Shown in pieces: positions 24,797-36,862 of a stretch of 64,000 bases of DNA. The stretch is from Zootoca vivipara (taxonomy: Eukaryota). The stretch spans positions 21,390,001-21,454,000 of the forward strand of contig NC_083288.1 in the NCBI RefSeq assembly GCF_963506605.1, written 5' to 3'. Below the pieces are notes generated by a model. It was not told the origin of the DNA and made no database searches. It saw only the letters and a list, made by a program, of their open reading frames with translations. Position 1 is the first letter of the stretch, and each line of letters opens with the position of its first letter. Both the position numbers and the translations under genes were made by a program.

Positions 24797-25903
24797 CTGT
24801 GAATGTAATATTTTATTTTATTTTTAATATAAACAGCTTCTTCAAAATTAGCATATCACTGGACGGGACTGGAATGTAATGTGTTCTTTTCCACCAAACT
24901 ATTGATGCTTTTCATGAGCTAACAGGGTTTTTTTGGAGGGGTGGGGCAAACCCAGATTAAATTTGTGCACCATCCTTGCACTCTTCTAGTAGCATGCAGT
25001 CCTTTAAAGCTGGCATATTGCTGAGGAACAGAGTCACAAGCTTCTACAACAGGAATTCACTACTTAATTTAAGAGTGCTGGGACATGTGAAACTAAATAA
25101 TGTGACTATTAGATAGGTTTTGAGCCGCTATACTATTAAGCCCCAATACTAATTTTTAGATCCTTCCAACCCCGTGGCAACTCCTAACCACTTTAACTTA
25201 ACCTCTCTGCTGCTCACAGATATTTTGTGCTATTTGCAACCATTTTGATGCATTAATGGTTGAAAGCCAGTTGAAAAGCATTAAAAAAACATTTCAAAAT
25301 ATTTTAAACATTAGTTGAAAAAATAAGGAACCTTGAAATTGCAAAGTCCACTAGGGCACTTAAATGGATAGTCTGATTAAAATCAGTATTGAAAAACTTT
25401 ATCTGCTTTCCATTTCATACTATAATAATTATTCTTTCACTGCAAAATGCATTTACAAATATGTCTTTTAAAGTGGTTAATTTTAGAATAGCCATATGTG
25501 AGCAGCTTTTTGGAATACTGAATAAAGGAATATTAAAACAGTGTTAACAAGGCAGTTTCAATACCATTCTAATGATTAAAAATGACAAAATTGAAAAGCA
25601 TGAAGTCTGGTTTTGACTTAGAATTCAAATCATACATAAAAAAAGAGGCGTGGACAGCAGGTGAATGCAGGGTGCCTATTTACATAACATGTAAAATTGT
25701 GACTTGCTCTTGTGCCCATGTTGATTCTACACACCAGAGAATTTTGGGAACCAACCCAAATCCAGTTTTGAGAACCAACCAAATATTCCCAAAAGTGATC
25801 GAAAGTAAGAATTTCAGCTTAAGGCAAATAAAGATCCTGGGTTGCGTCCAGGTGTATGGAGCATATTTAATATAAATAAGGCACTATAGAGTAATGGAAC
25901 CAA

Positions 25904-26040
25904 CATAGAATCATAGAATTGTAGAGTTGTAAGGGACCCCAAGGGTCATCTAGTCCAACCCCCTGCAATGCAGGAATCTCAGCTACAGCATCCATGACAG
26001 ATGGCTATCCAACCTCTGCTTAACAATCTCCAAGGAAGGA
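25904..26040 (-). mobile_element. CR1 LINE 3' end fragment
   Basis: catagaatcatagaattgtagagttgtaagggaccccaagggtcatctagtccaaccccctgc; related to the 11821 tail. Confidence 0.85.
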
Positions 26041-26292
26041 GAGAGATATACAGAGATAGGATCTGAATGTCAGATGCTAAAGACAAAGATAAGGAGAAGG
26101 CCACCACTTTCATGTTTTGCTGCTCAACTCCCAGAGGTATCTGGTTGTGCAGCTGCTGGAAACAGAAAGCTGGACTAAATGTACCTTTGCTTGATCCACC
26201 AAGCTCCCCACCACACAACCCTTTCTACATAAAAGAACACAGAACATCCAGAGTTACCCTAGATGTCAGTGGCAGTAAAGTTATAGATTTAC

Positions 26293-26397
26293 CTCATCCC
26301 CAACGTAGTCATGTAGCATTCGAATTACTGATGCACCCTTGCTGTAAGAGATTGCATCAAATATTTCATCTACTTCAGATGGATGGCCCACATTGAC
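26293..26397 (-). CDS. NPEPPS: NPEPPS exon 11 (105 nt; VNVGHPSEVDEIFDAISYSKGASVIRMLHDYVGDE), catalytic Tyr in SYSKG
   Basis: Manual translation; FDAISYSKG motif; CAG/GTAAAT boundaries. Confidence 0.96.
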
Positions 26398-26507
26398 CTG
26401 GGGTGAGAAAAGCAACAAGTAATCAGAAGAGAACACGTTTGACTTGCAACTCCAGTTACAGATATACTAAGCAGTGTTAAGGTAACTAAATCATTTAGTC
26501 TCTAAGA

Positions 26508-26827
26508 CAGGGGTCCCCAAACTAAGGCCCGGGGGCCGGATGCGGCCCAATCACCTTCTAAATCCGGCCCGCGGACGGTCCGGGAATCAGCATGTTTTTA
26601 CATGAGTAGAATGTGTTATTTTATTTAAAATGCATCTCTGGGTTATTTGTGGGGCCTGCCTGGTGTTTTTACATGAGTAGAATGTGTCCTTATATTAAAA
26701 TGCATCTCTGAGTTATTTGTGGGGCATAGGAATTCATTCATATTTTTTTTCAAAATATAGTCCGGCCCCCCACAAGGTCTGAGGGACAGTGGACCGGCCC
26801 GCTGCTGAAAAAGTTTGCCGACCCCTG
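26508..26827. mobile_element. hAT-Charlie MITE (OC1/nhAT-like) with perfect 8-bp TSD
   Basis: caggggtccccaaact ... agtttgccgacccctg termini; TSD ctctaaga at 26500-26507 and 26828-26835. Confidence 0.9.
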
Positions 26828-26962
26828 CTCTAAGATATAGCATTCTTGGTTGCTTTCCTCCCAGCCCACCCCAGCCGATTTTCAGAGGAAGGATTTCTAA
26901 CAATGAGAGAGCATGTGAGGAAGCATATGCAAACTCAAGTGATTGCAGCAGTTGGTACTCAC

Positions 26963-27127
26963 TTCAATAGGGTGACTGTTGTCTAAGGCATCCAGCTCCT
27001 GAGCCCGTGTGTAATCGGCAGAAACAAATTGTGTCCAGATATCGTATTCTGGAAAACAATGGTCCACACAGAGGTACTCAATCCAGGATGCAAAGCCCTC
27101 ATTGAGCCATAGATGGGTCCACCATTC
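26963..27127 (-). CDS. NPEPPS: NPEPPS exon 10 (165 nt; EWWTHLWLNEGFASWIEYLCVDHCFPEYDIWTQFVSADYTRAQELDALDNSHPIE), third zinc ligand Glu
   Basis: Manual translation; LWLNEGFA places E 18 residues after HELAH; TAG/GTGAGT boundaries. Confidence 0.97.
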
Positions 27128-28282
27128 CTATGAAGAATTAAGAAAATTGCTGATACTAAAAGCAGAGCACCAGAGCATCAAGATAAAAGGACAAGTGGAG
27201 TTGCCATTGGTCTCTGAGATCTCAGGTCTCCATCACTGAAACCTCTGATTCTCTTAAGAGATGTGGAACTCCTTACTAACAGGTACAAATATTGTGCAAT
27301 TCTGTGTACGAGGAGAAAAAAACACAGAATTCGGCATTCTATAAAATAATGTCTTTAAAAAGCAAGTTTCTAGTCCCCCCACCTTAAAAACTAGGAAGAC
27401 AACACTTGATCAAATCTCAGAAGCGGCACTGGGGGGCGGCGGCGGGGGGAGAGATAGCTGCAGCATTGTGGCAGGAATAAATCAAATGGGAACATTCTCT
27501 ATTAGCCACTGAAGGAACGCCTTTGTTTAGTAGACTAAGATTTTTAACAGAAATGGGAAACACAATACAAGTGAAAGCTGCAACACAGTAACTGTTCTTT
27601 GCAGAATGAAATGTATCAAGTAAGGATGATCTCCACCAGTGGATAAGAAATAACTAACTGAATTCTACATAAACTCAACCTGAATTTGATGTTGTGGGGC
27701 GGGGAGACAGAAATTCCCAACTCTACCGCAGCTTCAACTAGATCAGGTTTCAAGGTAAAGTTCTAGGGCTTCAATGCTCAGGAGCATTACCAGGATTAAC
27801 GCAAGTGATGAAATTCAGTCTAATGCTAAACTCACCTTTCAATTCCCTACCACCACCACCTAGAAAATATTCTCCTTTTACACATTTTTGTGGTTTTTGA
27901 CAGTTTTGTCTAGGCAGTCAGTCAGCCGAATGCAGGCCTGCAAGGCAAACTGAGTCACATAGCAATAATAGCTGGTCGCGGCATGATTTGCAGTTGAAGG
28001 GAAGAGGGTTAAAAATCCTGCCTCTTAGCACCCTCCAACTTCAATGTTCAATGTGTTGTCTTTCAAACCTATGTTCACATATGCTAGAAATGGGCTTTTA
28101 ATTTTTTTTATAAAAAAACAAGCTGAAATTCTCAGAATATTTGAACATATTCTGTTGTTCTTTCAAGGAAACTCAGAGAAGCTTCTAAGTGACTTGCAGG
28201 CAGCCTCCCATGCAGGCCAGGGCAAGATCTACTTATCTTTAACAAAACTGTCCCATCTTATGGTCTTAACCAGTCTCTAGAT

Positions 28283-28418
28283 CAGGCATCCCCAAACTGC
28301 GGCCCTCCAGATGTTTTGGCCTACAACTCCCATGATCCCTAGCTAACAGGACCAGTGGTCAGAGATGTTGGGAATTGTAGTCCAAAACATCTGGAGGGCC
28401 GAAGTTTGGGGATGTCTG
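28283..28418. mobile_element. URR1-like palindromic hAT MITE with perfect 8-bp TSD
   Basis: caggcatccccaaact...agtttggggatgtctg; TSD ctctagat at 28275-28282 and 28419-28426. Confidence 0.9.
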
Positions 28419-30534
28419 CTCTAGATGAACTTTATGCATGTATAATTCAGAATGCTGATTTATAGAACCCAGACAAATTTCTGTGCTTTGCACAGTGGCA
28501 GTACTGTAGCCCGTGAGGTTAATCTGATGCGCGGTTATTGCTAATTGGGGATACAGAGTCAGTTAGGGGTAGAGAAAAATAGATTTACTTATTTTTTAAG
28601 AGGCATAATTGAAAGAATGGAAAAGAAACAATGCAAGACATTTGTCCGCAAAATCAAAAATAGACATTACAATAATACCTGCTTTATTAATGTGGCACGA
28701 ACATTGAATCTCACAAGCTAAGAAGTGGTGCATACGCTATTCCAAACAGAGACAGGATAAAGTATGAACTTCATGAGCCATGTGCACTATTGTTAGGCAC
28801 ACAGTGCATGAAAATCTACCAGTGCCACCACATTCTCAAGTACAATTGAGAATCTTTGCAACCATAATGGGGAAGAAGAATGCACGAGTTTTATTTAGGG
28901 ATTGAGAACCAATAGAATTATTTGGCCAATATCTCATGCCTTTTCTGTGAAAATAATCTCATTAACTCAGGACTGTGGTGCCTGCTGAAGTCTAACACTA
29001 GCACACCAAGTGTGATGGGACAGTTCATTTCTGTGGAAAGTGTCTGTGCTTATCACCAGCTAGCCATACCAGACATGCAAGCAAAAACTGTGTATTGAAC
29101 TCATGCAAAGAGAAAGGAAAGTTGGCACACAAGTTGCTGGGCTTTTTTTTAAAAAAGGGGGGGGGCTAATTTGATTTGATAAATGGATTTGAAAAGCCCA
29201 GAGAGCCAGGTGAATACTACTGCATGCTTTGGTACGGCTGGGTTTATAGAAAAGGTCAGCTCTCTCCAGAGTCCCTCCTTCATTTCATAGAAGAGCTGGT
29301 TAATCACACAAAGCTGCCTCTGCCATGTTTCCAACTGCCCTGGTGGCATGTCAACTGCTAAAAATATGCCACTGGTTTTATGAATAATGTTTTTCCATTT
29401 CAACAAGTTCTATTGTAGCAACTGAGAGGTCATGTGACAAAGGAGGAAAGGTGGCCTTGCCAGTAATGGAGGGGGGGGGGAATGACAAAAAATTAAACTG
29501 AAGAGAAAAGAGGTTAAACTTCGCTCTCATTTCCAAGTACTGTAAAGTTATCTTGTGGGCGTCGATTATGAAGACGTTAGGAGGAAAAGAAAGCTATTCC
29601 CCTAGCTCTTAAGGAAGGGATGGAGAACCTTTATCCCTCCAAATATTGAACTACAAATCTCATCAACCTGGCCACGGTAAACCACTTAGAGATTTAGTAT
29701 TAAGTGGTATGTAAACATATGAAATAAATAATCAAACTGGAAGGCCACAGGTTCACCATTCCTGCTGTGACATATGGAAATTATTAGATTCAAAAGTTAA
29801 GTTTATAAATAGGCCTGTATTCAGTGATTTTACACTAATACCACTGAGGTATAATTGTCATCTAACTCAGCATCCTAAGAATTTCAGCTCCCCACACTTT
29901 TAAAAGACTTTATAGCTGCAAAGATAATGTGCGGATCACCCCATATGCCAGAAGAAGCATCAGTTCCCTTCAGATCCTCTCCCCATGGATACTAATTTCA
30001 GAATTATAAAAAATATCTTCAAGTTTGGTGAATTTGCAGATATGCACAAATCAGAAGTTTCTGACCTGCCTAGACTTGCAAGGGGTAAGGGGGATCATAA
30101 TGGTATTTGGGTTAAGCAGTTAACACAAGTGTGAGGTTTTAACCTTATTATTATTATTATTTATTTAATTCAATGTTTTATTGTGTATTATGGCACATTC
30201 TTTCCCATTGCTGGGCATTGTGAATCCTAGAGGGGAGCAGGCAAAATGTTTAATGGTAGTGCACAACGCTTCTCCCTACAGTGCCTCATGAGGCAGCCTG
30301 TGGGGCACATCTAACCCACAGAAAATCTCCAGGTGCTGCTGATGCCCAATGCTGCTGTTTTTCCTAATAATACTCTGCATAGGCAGACATGCACACTTGC
30401 AGTACCATACGAGAACATGAGGCATCTGCTGTGACCATGAGCAGATACACTCAGGACAAGTAATAGGCAGGAAACTGAGTAACCTGAGTAACTGAGTAAC
30501 CACAACAAGGCAAAGTCAAATACAATTTTTGTAC

Positions 30535-30649
30535 CATAGTCACAAGGTTCCCAAACCACTGGTGAGCAAGCTCATGGCCCACGACGAGAGCCACCCATTG
30601 GCGGGAGGAGGAACAGGAGTTTTTAGGATCTATCAGCAGTGCAGTTTCC
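30535..30649 (-). CDS. NPEPPS: NPEPPS exon 9 (115 nt; (R)[38 protein letters not shown]), HEXXH zinc motif
   Basis: Within ORF 30451..30681; HELAH; CAG acceptor, GTACAA donor. Confidence 0.97.
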
Positions 30650-31343
30650 CTGTGTATGAGAAAGAACAGAGACTGAAGCAAGGTGACTTAGAGAGAAAAG
30701 CACAATTTTTGTAATCAATCAAGCTATCAAACTCATCTAAACAAAACTTAAGAGTGCTTCATGCTTACAGGTGAAAACAGCAAGGTTAACATTTCATATC
30801 TGCTAGGATGCAGCAAAGAGTACTTTTCCTCAGAGGGCAAGGAGGAAAGACAGCACCATCACACCTACCCCTCAAAAATCCATCTCATTTAATAATAACT
30901 GGTCTGAAAAAGGCAGCTCAGCAAATAACTTTCCTCAGTTACACGTCAGTTTGTTGTCGTTCATTTCATAAATTATCACAAAGCTACCAACTATTTGTTC
31001 AACCCCGCAAGAGTTCACCAACAAAAACTCTCTACAAAAGGACCTATTATATAATGAATTTTTGGATTTGAGATGTTTTACTAATTGGCATAACCAAAGC
31101 ATAGAAAGAGGCTTCCAGGTCATTACAACTCCTAAAACTCTGCAACACTCCTGACCTATTTATTAGGACCCCATTATCCACTCTTAGCTAAAGTGTTAAC
31201 ATGGCTGCTCCACAGTAAGCTCCTGATGCCTAGCAATTTGCCCCACATTAATGAGATTGCAGTTGCCATGTTGGACACCAGAGATATAGATGCCAGTATT
31301 CCGATACTCTGTGTAACAGGGACCGAGCTAAAAGGGTGGGCTA

Positions 31344-31346
<3 letters not shown>

Positions 31347-31387
<41 letters not shown>
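31347..31387. repeat. (TTA)n microsatellite
   Basis: Seen directly; explains the poly-Ile runs in two ORFs. Confidence 0.95.
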
Positions 31388-32694
31388 TGTTGCTGCTGTT
31401 GTTTTAATGCTATTGCTGTGTTCTTTAGCTCAGTGCATGCAGGGATGCAAAGAGGAAGCCACATATCTACGAGGCATGACTTCTTTAAAATAAGGCACAC
31501 AGAGTGAATGGAAAAGCTTACTCTAGAACTGATACACAGGAAAAAGGATACAAGGTGAGTTCTGCTCAGGGGCACTACCACTCTACACCAATATGTTTCA
31601 AAGTCTCCTAGTCACACTTCAATCTAGCTACCAGGGAATAATTTTTAAAAGGGCTTTATCAAGAAAAGACTGGCAGAGAAAGGAAATAAAACCCAATAAT
31701 CACATGATTGTGTACAAAAATGTAAAAGCTCTCATGCTCCTTGCAAAATTTTGCAAAGTAGTTTCTGGTCTACACCTCTCTTTTTCCAATGGGAGCAGTG
31801 ACAGGCTGGGCAAATGGCCAAACTATGTTCCATCTGCTCCACCTGAACATTCATTTGGTTAGCACAGAGCCATCGTAACTAGGACTGCTACAATTAAATA
31901 ATCAGTTAACACTGACTGATTGAACAGGGGTAGATTTTTAAAATAAATTTATTTTTTTTTACAAATACTTGGAAAAAACGGCAGATGGGAAGAGCTTTTT
32001 ATGAATGAAAGTTTGGGAAACAGTGGGAAAGGAACAAATGATTCTTTTTTCTTTTGTCCTGAAAGCCTTTTACAGGGATGGGTGGGCAAGAAAAAATACA
32101 GTATCTACATAGGGGGGAAATTGCTGTGATTCAGTGGTCAAAGATATAGGAACAATGGCAACTGGAGAGGAAGTCAGAGACTTTGTGTTATTATAGCCTA
32201 CTAAATGCCTTCTGATGACCTGGGCTAGAGTTATTTTAAATAAAAATATCTTAAAGGGCACACTTGCCATAGCTGTACCAGATCAGAAAGGTGGCGGTAC
32301 AGTGAGTTCAGTTACCACTAACCATTTTGCCCAAACTGGTTATGCCTAAACTTTCCAGCAATGGTGGAAAGATATTGGAGACCACCAAAGGTCACAATGA
32401 TTTGCGTGGGAGGGGGAATGAGATCAAAATTTCAAAAATAATTGACAATCTGGAAGAACTGGGTTCAGTCCATAGAAAAATATGGTACCAGAGTGTTCTG
32501 ATATAAAGGAACCTCCCTCTGTTCTCACTGTAAGATAAGGCCCACCCACGAACCCGAGGAGTTTGCCTGGCAGCTTGAAACAATTTGGAAACAGCAGGAT
32601 GGGTTGAGAAAAAGAATGCATCTGCACAGGCCCAAAGACTGCCATAAATCTGGGGCGAAGGCGTTAGGAATGCAACAAAGATAGATCTGATGGA

Positions 32695-32696
32695 GT

Positions 32697-32747
<51 letters not shown>

Positions 32748-32748
32748 C
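32695..32748. repeat. Compound (GT)n(GA)n microsatellite
   Basis: Seen directly. Confidence 0.95.
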
Positions 32749-33226
32749 GCTAGGCAGCAGCAAAGAAAACTTGGTATACTACTTTAGAACTACAAGTTGA
32801 ACTAAAAGTTGCCACAAAGATCTTTTCTAGGGGTATAATGCAGAGACTCATCCCCACATACAGATTTTCTTCAACTGCAACCCTTATTCCCCTGCTCACT
32901 GCACCTACAAGCTAAGGATGACAGGGGGAGTTTGGTTAGAGAATTCCTAACAAAGAAAATGCCCCCATGGCATGCGCTATCTTTCATATGAATTTGTGTC
33001 AGCTGCCCTAGCACCAAATCCCTAACTGCTCTTTATATTTGTGGCACGTTAGAAGCAGTTTTATATGAAGGGAAGGAATCAATTCAAGGAATCTGCTCAT
33101 GAGACTGGTCTTCAATCAATGCACTATATGTAATGCTAGAATATGCATGGGTTCATGTGGTTCTGGAGATTTATTGCTGGAAAATTTGTTAAAGGCATAT
33201 ACAGCCCCTAAATTATTTGAGAATTA

Positions 33227-33376
33227 GCGTATTTTCCCATCTATAAGATGCCCACATGTATAAGATGCCCCCTATTTTGGGGGACTCCGATTTAAGAAAA
33301 TGGGGGGAGATGTATCTGTGAATTTTTGACACTATTTTTAGGGGGGAAACCTAGTCTTATACACAGAAAAATAGGG
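33227..33376. mobile_element. Tc1/mariner (Tc2-like) MITE remnant
   Basis: TA|gcgtattttccc..tataaga ... tcttatacacagaaaaataggg|TA imperfect TIRs. Confidence 0.55.
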
Positions 33377-33508
33377 TATATCTTATGAAATGCACACTGA
33401 ACACCTGCTGTTTGACATTTTTGCATAAGGAGCTTATAACTTTAAAAATGGGAATTTCCAAAAGGACAAAAACCATACAGAAATTATTATTTTATCACTT
33501 TGGAGCTA

Positions 33509-33759
33509 CAGTCATACGTCGGGTTACGGCCGCTTCAGGTTGCATTTTTTCATGTTAAGAACGCAGCAAACCCGGAAGTGTTTACTTCCAGGTTTCGCCG
33601 CATGCGCATGCATAGAAGCGTTCTGCGCGCTTCACGCATGGCGCAGAAGCACTCTATCATGCTTTCGTACATGTGCAAAAGTGCCACTCTAGTTACGGAC
33701 TTTTCTGGGTGTGAACGGCACGCCAGAACAGATTGAGTCCGTAACTAGCCGTACCACTG
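33509..33759. mobile_element. Tigger/pogo-like MITE, CpG-rich
   Basis: TA|cagtcatacgtcgggttacgg ... ccgtaactagccgtaccactg|TA. Confidence 0.8.
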
Positions 33760-34372
33760 TACAAAAGTTTACCTGCTCAACTTGAAAATAAAGTTAACTT
33801 CCCATTCTCTAAATGGGTGCAGGGCGAAATATTGGTGTGCTCTTGACCATAATTACTGTAAGTTAAATATGGAAGTTTTGATACTGACCGTGATTATGGT
33901 TAAGCAGCATTTGAAACCAACTTTGAACTCTGAATTCAACTCATGATCAGCTAACCCTGTTTAGCCACAAATATAGTGAGCATCAATGTCAATGTAAGTT
34001 AACTGTGGTTGAGGAGAAGGGTAAGTTCATTTCCGAGAAGAGATATAGGAGAAAACACGCAACTCGCAACTTGTTTATGATATCTTAACCATGGTTATGA
34101 GAGTGGCTGTGCTCACACACAACACAAAATCACAGTTTGAGTATGTGGTCTTGTGTGCTCCCCCCGTCTATCCTCTTCAATCACGGAAGACTGGAAGCCT
34201 TTGCTTCTGCTTTCAGAAACATGCATTTTCTTGTTGTGTCTAAATTGACAACTGTGGTTGGTGCTAGATATGGTTTACTGTGGCATACGCATATCACTAA
34301 CAACCGCCTGAAGTTGGCTTGTTTCAATAAACTTTGGTTTGTTTGTGTTCAGACAGAAATAGAAACTGGCTA

Positions 34373-34633
34373 CAGTCATACCTTGGGTTATAGATGCTTC
34401 AGGTTGTGCGTTTTTGGGTTGCGCAACGTGGCAAACCCGGAAGTATCCGAAAAAGTTACTTCCGGGTTTTGACGCTCATGCATGCGCAGAAGCGCTAAAT
34501 TGCGCTTTGCGCATGCACAGAAGTGCCGAATCATGACCCACACGTGCGCAGACGCGGCGCTGCAGCTTGCAAACGCTGCGGGTTGCGAACGTGCCTCCCG
34601 CACAGCTCACGTTCCCAACCCGAGCGTCCACAG
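34373..34633. mobile_element. Tigger/pogo-like MITE related to the 33509 copy
   Basis: TA|cagtcataccttgggtt ... aacccgagcgtccacag|TA; shares gcttcaggttg, gcaaacccggaagt and gcgcagaag blocks with 33509-33759. Confidence 0.8.
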
Positions 34634-35063
34634 TACTTGAAAATGGAAGCAAAAGCCTACAATGTCTTTGTGGCCACGATAGTGCAGAAGAGGAGAACAT
34701 ATGAGCTCTAAGTATAGAATACTAAACTTTGTGTTGGCATTATATGTGATTGTCTGCATTGGGCCACAGAAGGGTGGGAGAAGATACAAACAAAGGATCT
34801 ATTCTAAATGAAAGGTGCTGCATTTTTAAAATAATGTTATATTCTTGGATATTGTGGCTTTATAAAGCTCTACTTTTCTGAGGGATCTGCTCAAATACTT
34901 ATTTTTGTGGAAACTTCAACTTGCGCAAAATGGAGAATAATTTTGAGGAAATTACCAAACAAGCCCAAATCATTACAGCTTTCTACACTTTATCTGATAA
35001 AACGTGGAAAAATTAGTCAACAAAGGACACGGAAGGGAGGAAAGACAGTATTTAACAGCATAC

Positions 35064-35097
35064 CTATAAGTAACAAGGCCCCAGTTCTCCATGGCAC
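35064..35097 (-). CDS. NPEPPS: NPEPPS exon 8 (34 nt; (G)AMENWGLVTY+AG), completes the GAMEN exopeptidase motif
   Basis: GT GCC ATG GAG AAC TGG GGC CTT GTT ACT TAT AG on the minus strand; AAG acceptor, GTATGC donor; 105-nt intron 7. Confidence 0.96.
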
Positions 35098-35202
35098 CTT
35101 TATAAAATAAATACAAAGGTTTATTGATATTGATACACACAACCATCTCCTAAAATGTTTTACAATTCAAATAAAACTCAGAGGTAACACAAAATACTTT
35201 AC

Positions 35203-35299
35203 CAGCTGCAAAGTCTGCAATAGCTATGAGATCAATTTTAGGGAGAGGGTAAGGAACATTGAAGTAATCCTTATAAAAAGGCAGCGTTTTAGCAGCAAC
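35203..35299 (-). CDS. NPEPPS: NPEPPS exon 7 (97 nt; VAAKTLPFYKDYFNVPYPLPKIDLIAIADFAA+G)
   Basis: Manual translation; YPLPKID motif; TAG/GTAAAG boundaries. Confidence 0.96.
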
Positions 35300-35934
35300 C
35301 TAAGGGGGGAAAGGAGAAAAATGATAGAGAGCATGGTGTTTTAAGTCAAAATAAAGAAGACCTGACTCTAAGACATTGTGCTTTAACTTTTACTCCTAAG
35401 CCAACTGCAGTTGTTGTTAAAACTATGTCAACTCTGGCCTTTGCCAAATCTACATACACAACATGTTTACATAAAGGAACAGATGTGTTCTGATGAATAG
35501 GTGCAAAAAAGAGAGGCCTGAACAAATTCCAAAACTATCTAAACCCTGTACCAAAGAGGGCTTAATGGTTTCCCAGGGGGCAGGGGTAAGGGTTTTAAAG
35601 CCATTTTATCTGCCCCCAGGACATACCTAATCAAATCTGAAAAAGTATATGTATCCACAGTTTTACCCATAAAGAAAAAAATGTTTAACTGAAAGTTCAC
35701 AATTTATCACTTCATCTCTTCCCCAGCTCCACCCAATCACACGTCGTAAATATCTGAAGCCTGAATAATTAGGTGACATTAAAAGATTATGGAGCTAACC
35801 ATTTATAAGTTGTTCAGCTTAGGTGACAATATATGCCCTACTTCCAACCAGTGCTTGGAAAACAAAGTTCCCCCTGCCACAGCATGAACATCAGAATTTG
35901 CCCAAGTCAGGCCTTATGCAGAATTCATCTAGGC

Positions 35935-36071
35935 CAGGCATAGGCAAACTCAGCCCTCCAGATGTTTTGGGACTACAATTCCCATCATCCCTGACCACTG
36001 GGTCCTGTTAGCTAGGGATCATGGGAGTTGTAGTCCCAAAACATCTGGCGGGCCAAGTTTGCCTATGTCTG
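35935..36071. mobile_element. URR1-like palindromic hAT MITE with perfect 8-bp TSD (inverted relative to the 28283 copy)
   Basis: caggcataggcaaact...agtttgcctatgtctg; TSD atctaggc at 35927-35934 and 36072-36079. Confidence 0.9.
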
Positions 36072-36084
36072 ATCTAGGCTAATA

Positions 36085-36325
36085 CAGTGGAACCTCAGTT
36101 TTCGAACGCAATCCATTCTGGAAGTCCGTTCAACTTCCAAAATGTTCAGAAACTGAGGATCAAAGGGCTGTCAGCAAGCTCAATGAGGAAAACTGAGAAA
36201 CACACCCTGGAAGCCGTTCGAATTCTGAGGCATGTTCGGAAACGGAAACATTCACTTCCGGGTTTTCGGCGTTCGGCCTCCAAAACATTCGGCAGCTGAG
36301 ATGTTCAAAAACCAAGGTTTGACTG
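36085..36325. mobile_element. Tigger/pogo-like MITE
   Basis: TA|cagtggaacctcagttttcgaac ... gttcaaaaaccaaggtttgactg|TA. Confidence 0.78.
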
Positions 36326-36329
36326 TATA

Positions 36330-36462
36330 TTGTCTACACTGACCATCAGCAGCTCTCCAGTGTTTCAGACATGGGTCCTCTCCAGGCTTACCTGAAGATG
36401 CCAGGGATTAAACCTGGGACCTTTTACACTCAAACAACCAAGTGCACTGTCAATAAGCTCCC
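36330..36462 (-). mobile_element. Old tRNA-headed squamate SINE
   Basis: Minus strand aggtcccaggtttaatccctggcatcttcaggt (B-box-like) ... ctggagagctgctgatggtcagtgtagacaa. Confidence 0.6.
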
Positions 36463-36661
36463 TGCATTAAGCAAATGCATCTAAGTTTGTTTGTTTGTTT
36501 TAGATTTTCTCCATTTTAACACAGGAATGGCAGCTAAGCAATTGAAGGAGGAAAGATCAAATAATATTAAAGTATTTCCAAAGTCAAAAACAGGGGCACT
36601 GGTGTATGTTTATTCTTAAGCAACTGTCAAAGTTACTGAAAGATATGGAAGCATGCTTTAC

Positions 36662-36862
36662 CTCTAATGCAAACTTTCCTTGTTCTGCTTTGCCAACTGG
36701 AGTGTAAACACGGACTAACACGCCATCAGTGGACCTGGTCTCAACAAAGTCATATTCTCCAACCACAAAAGCAACGAGATATGTTGACATTACAGGAGTT
36801 CGGGCAAATTTCACTTCCACCAGGTTTTCATCATCAGGGTAGGGCCTCCGATCAGTGACATT
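36662..36862 (-). CDS. NPEPPS: NPEPPS exon 6 (201 nt; NVTDRRPYPDDENLVEVKFARTPVMSTYLVAFVVGEYDFVETRSTDGVLVRVYTPVGKAEQGKFALE)
   Basis: Overlaps ORF 36584..36820; MSTYLVAF motif; AAG acceptor, GTAAAG donor. Confidence 0.96.

Noticed and set aside
31174-31581. Poly-Ile/poly-Gln/poly-Cys ORFs on both strands
   Set aside because: Translation of a (TTA)n microsatellite and adjacent triplets.
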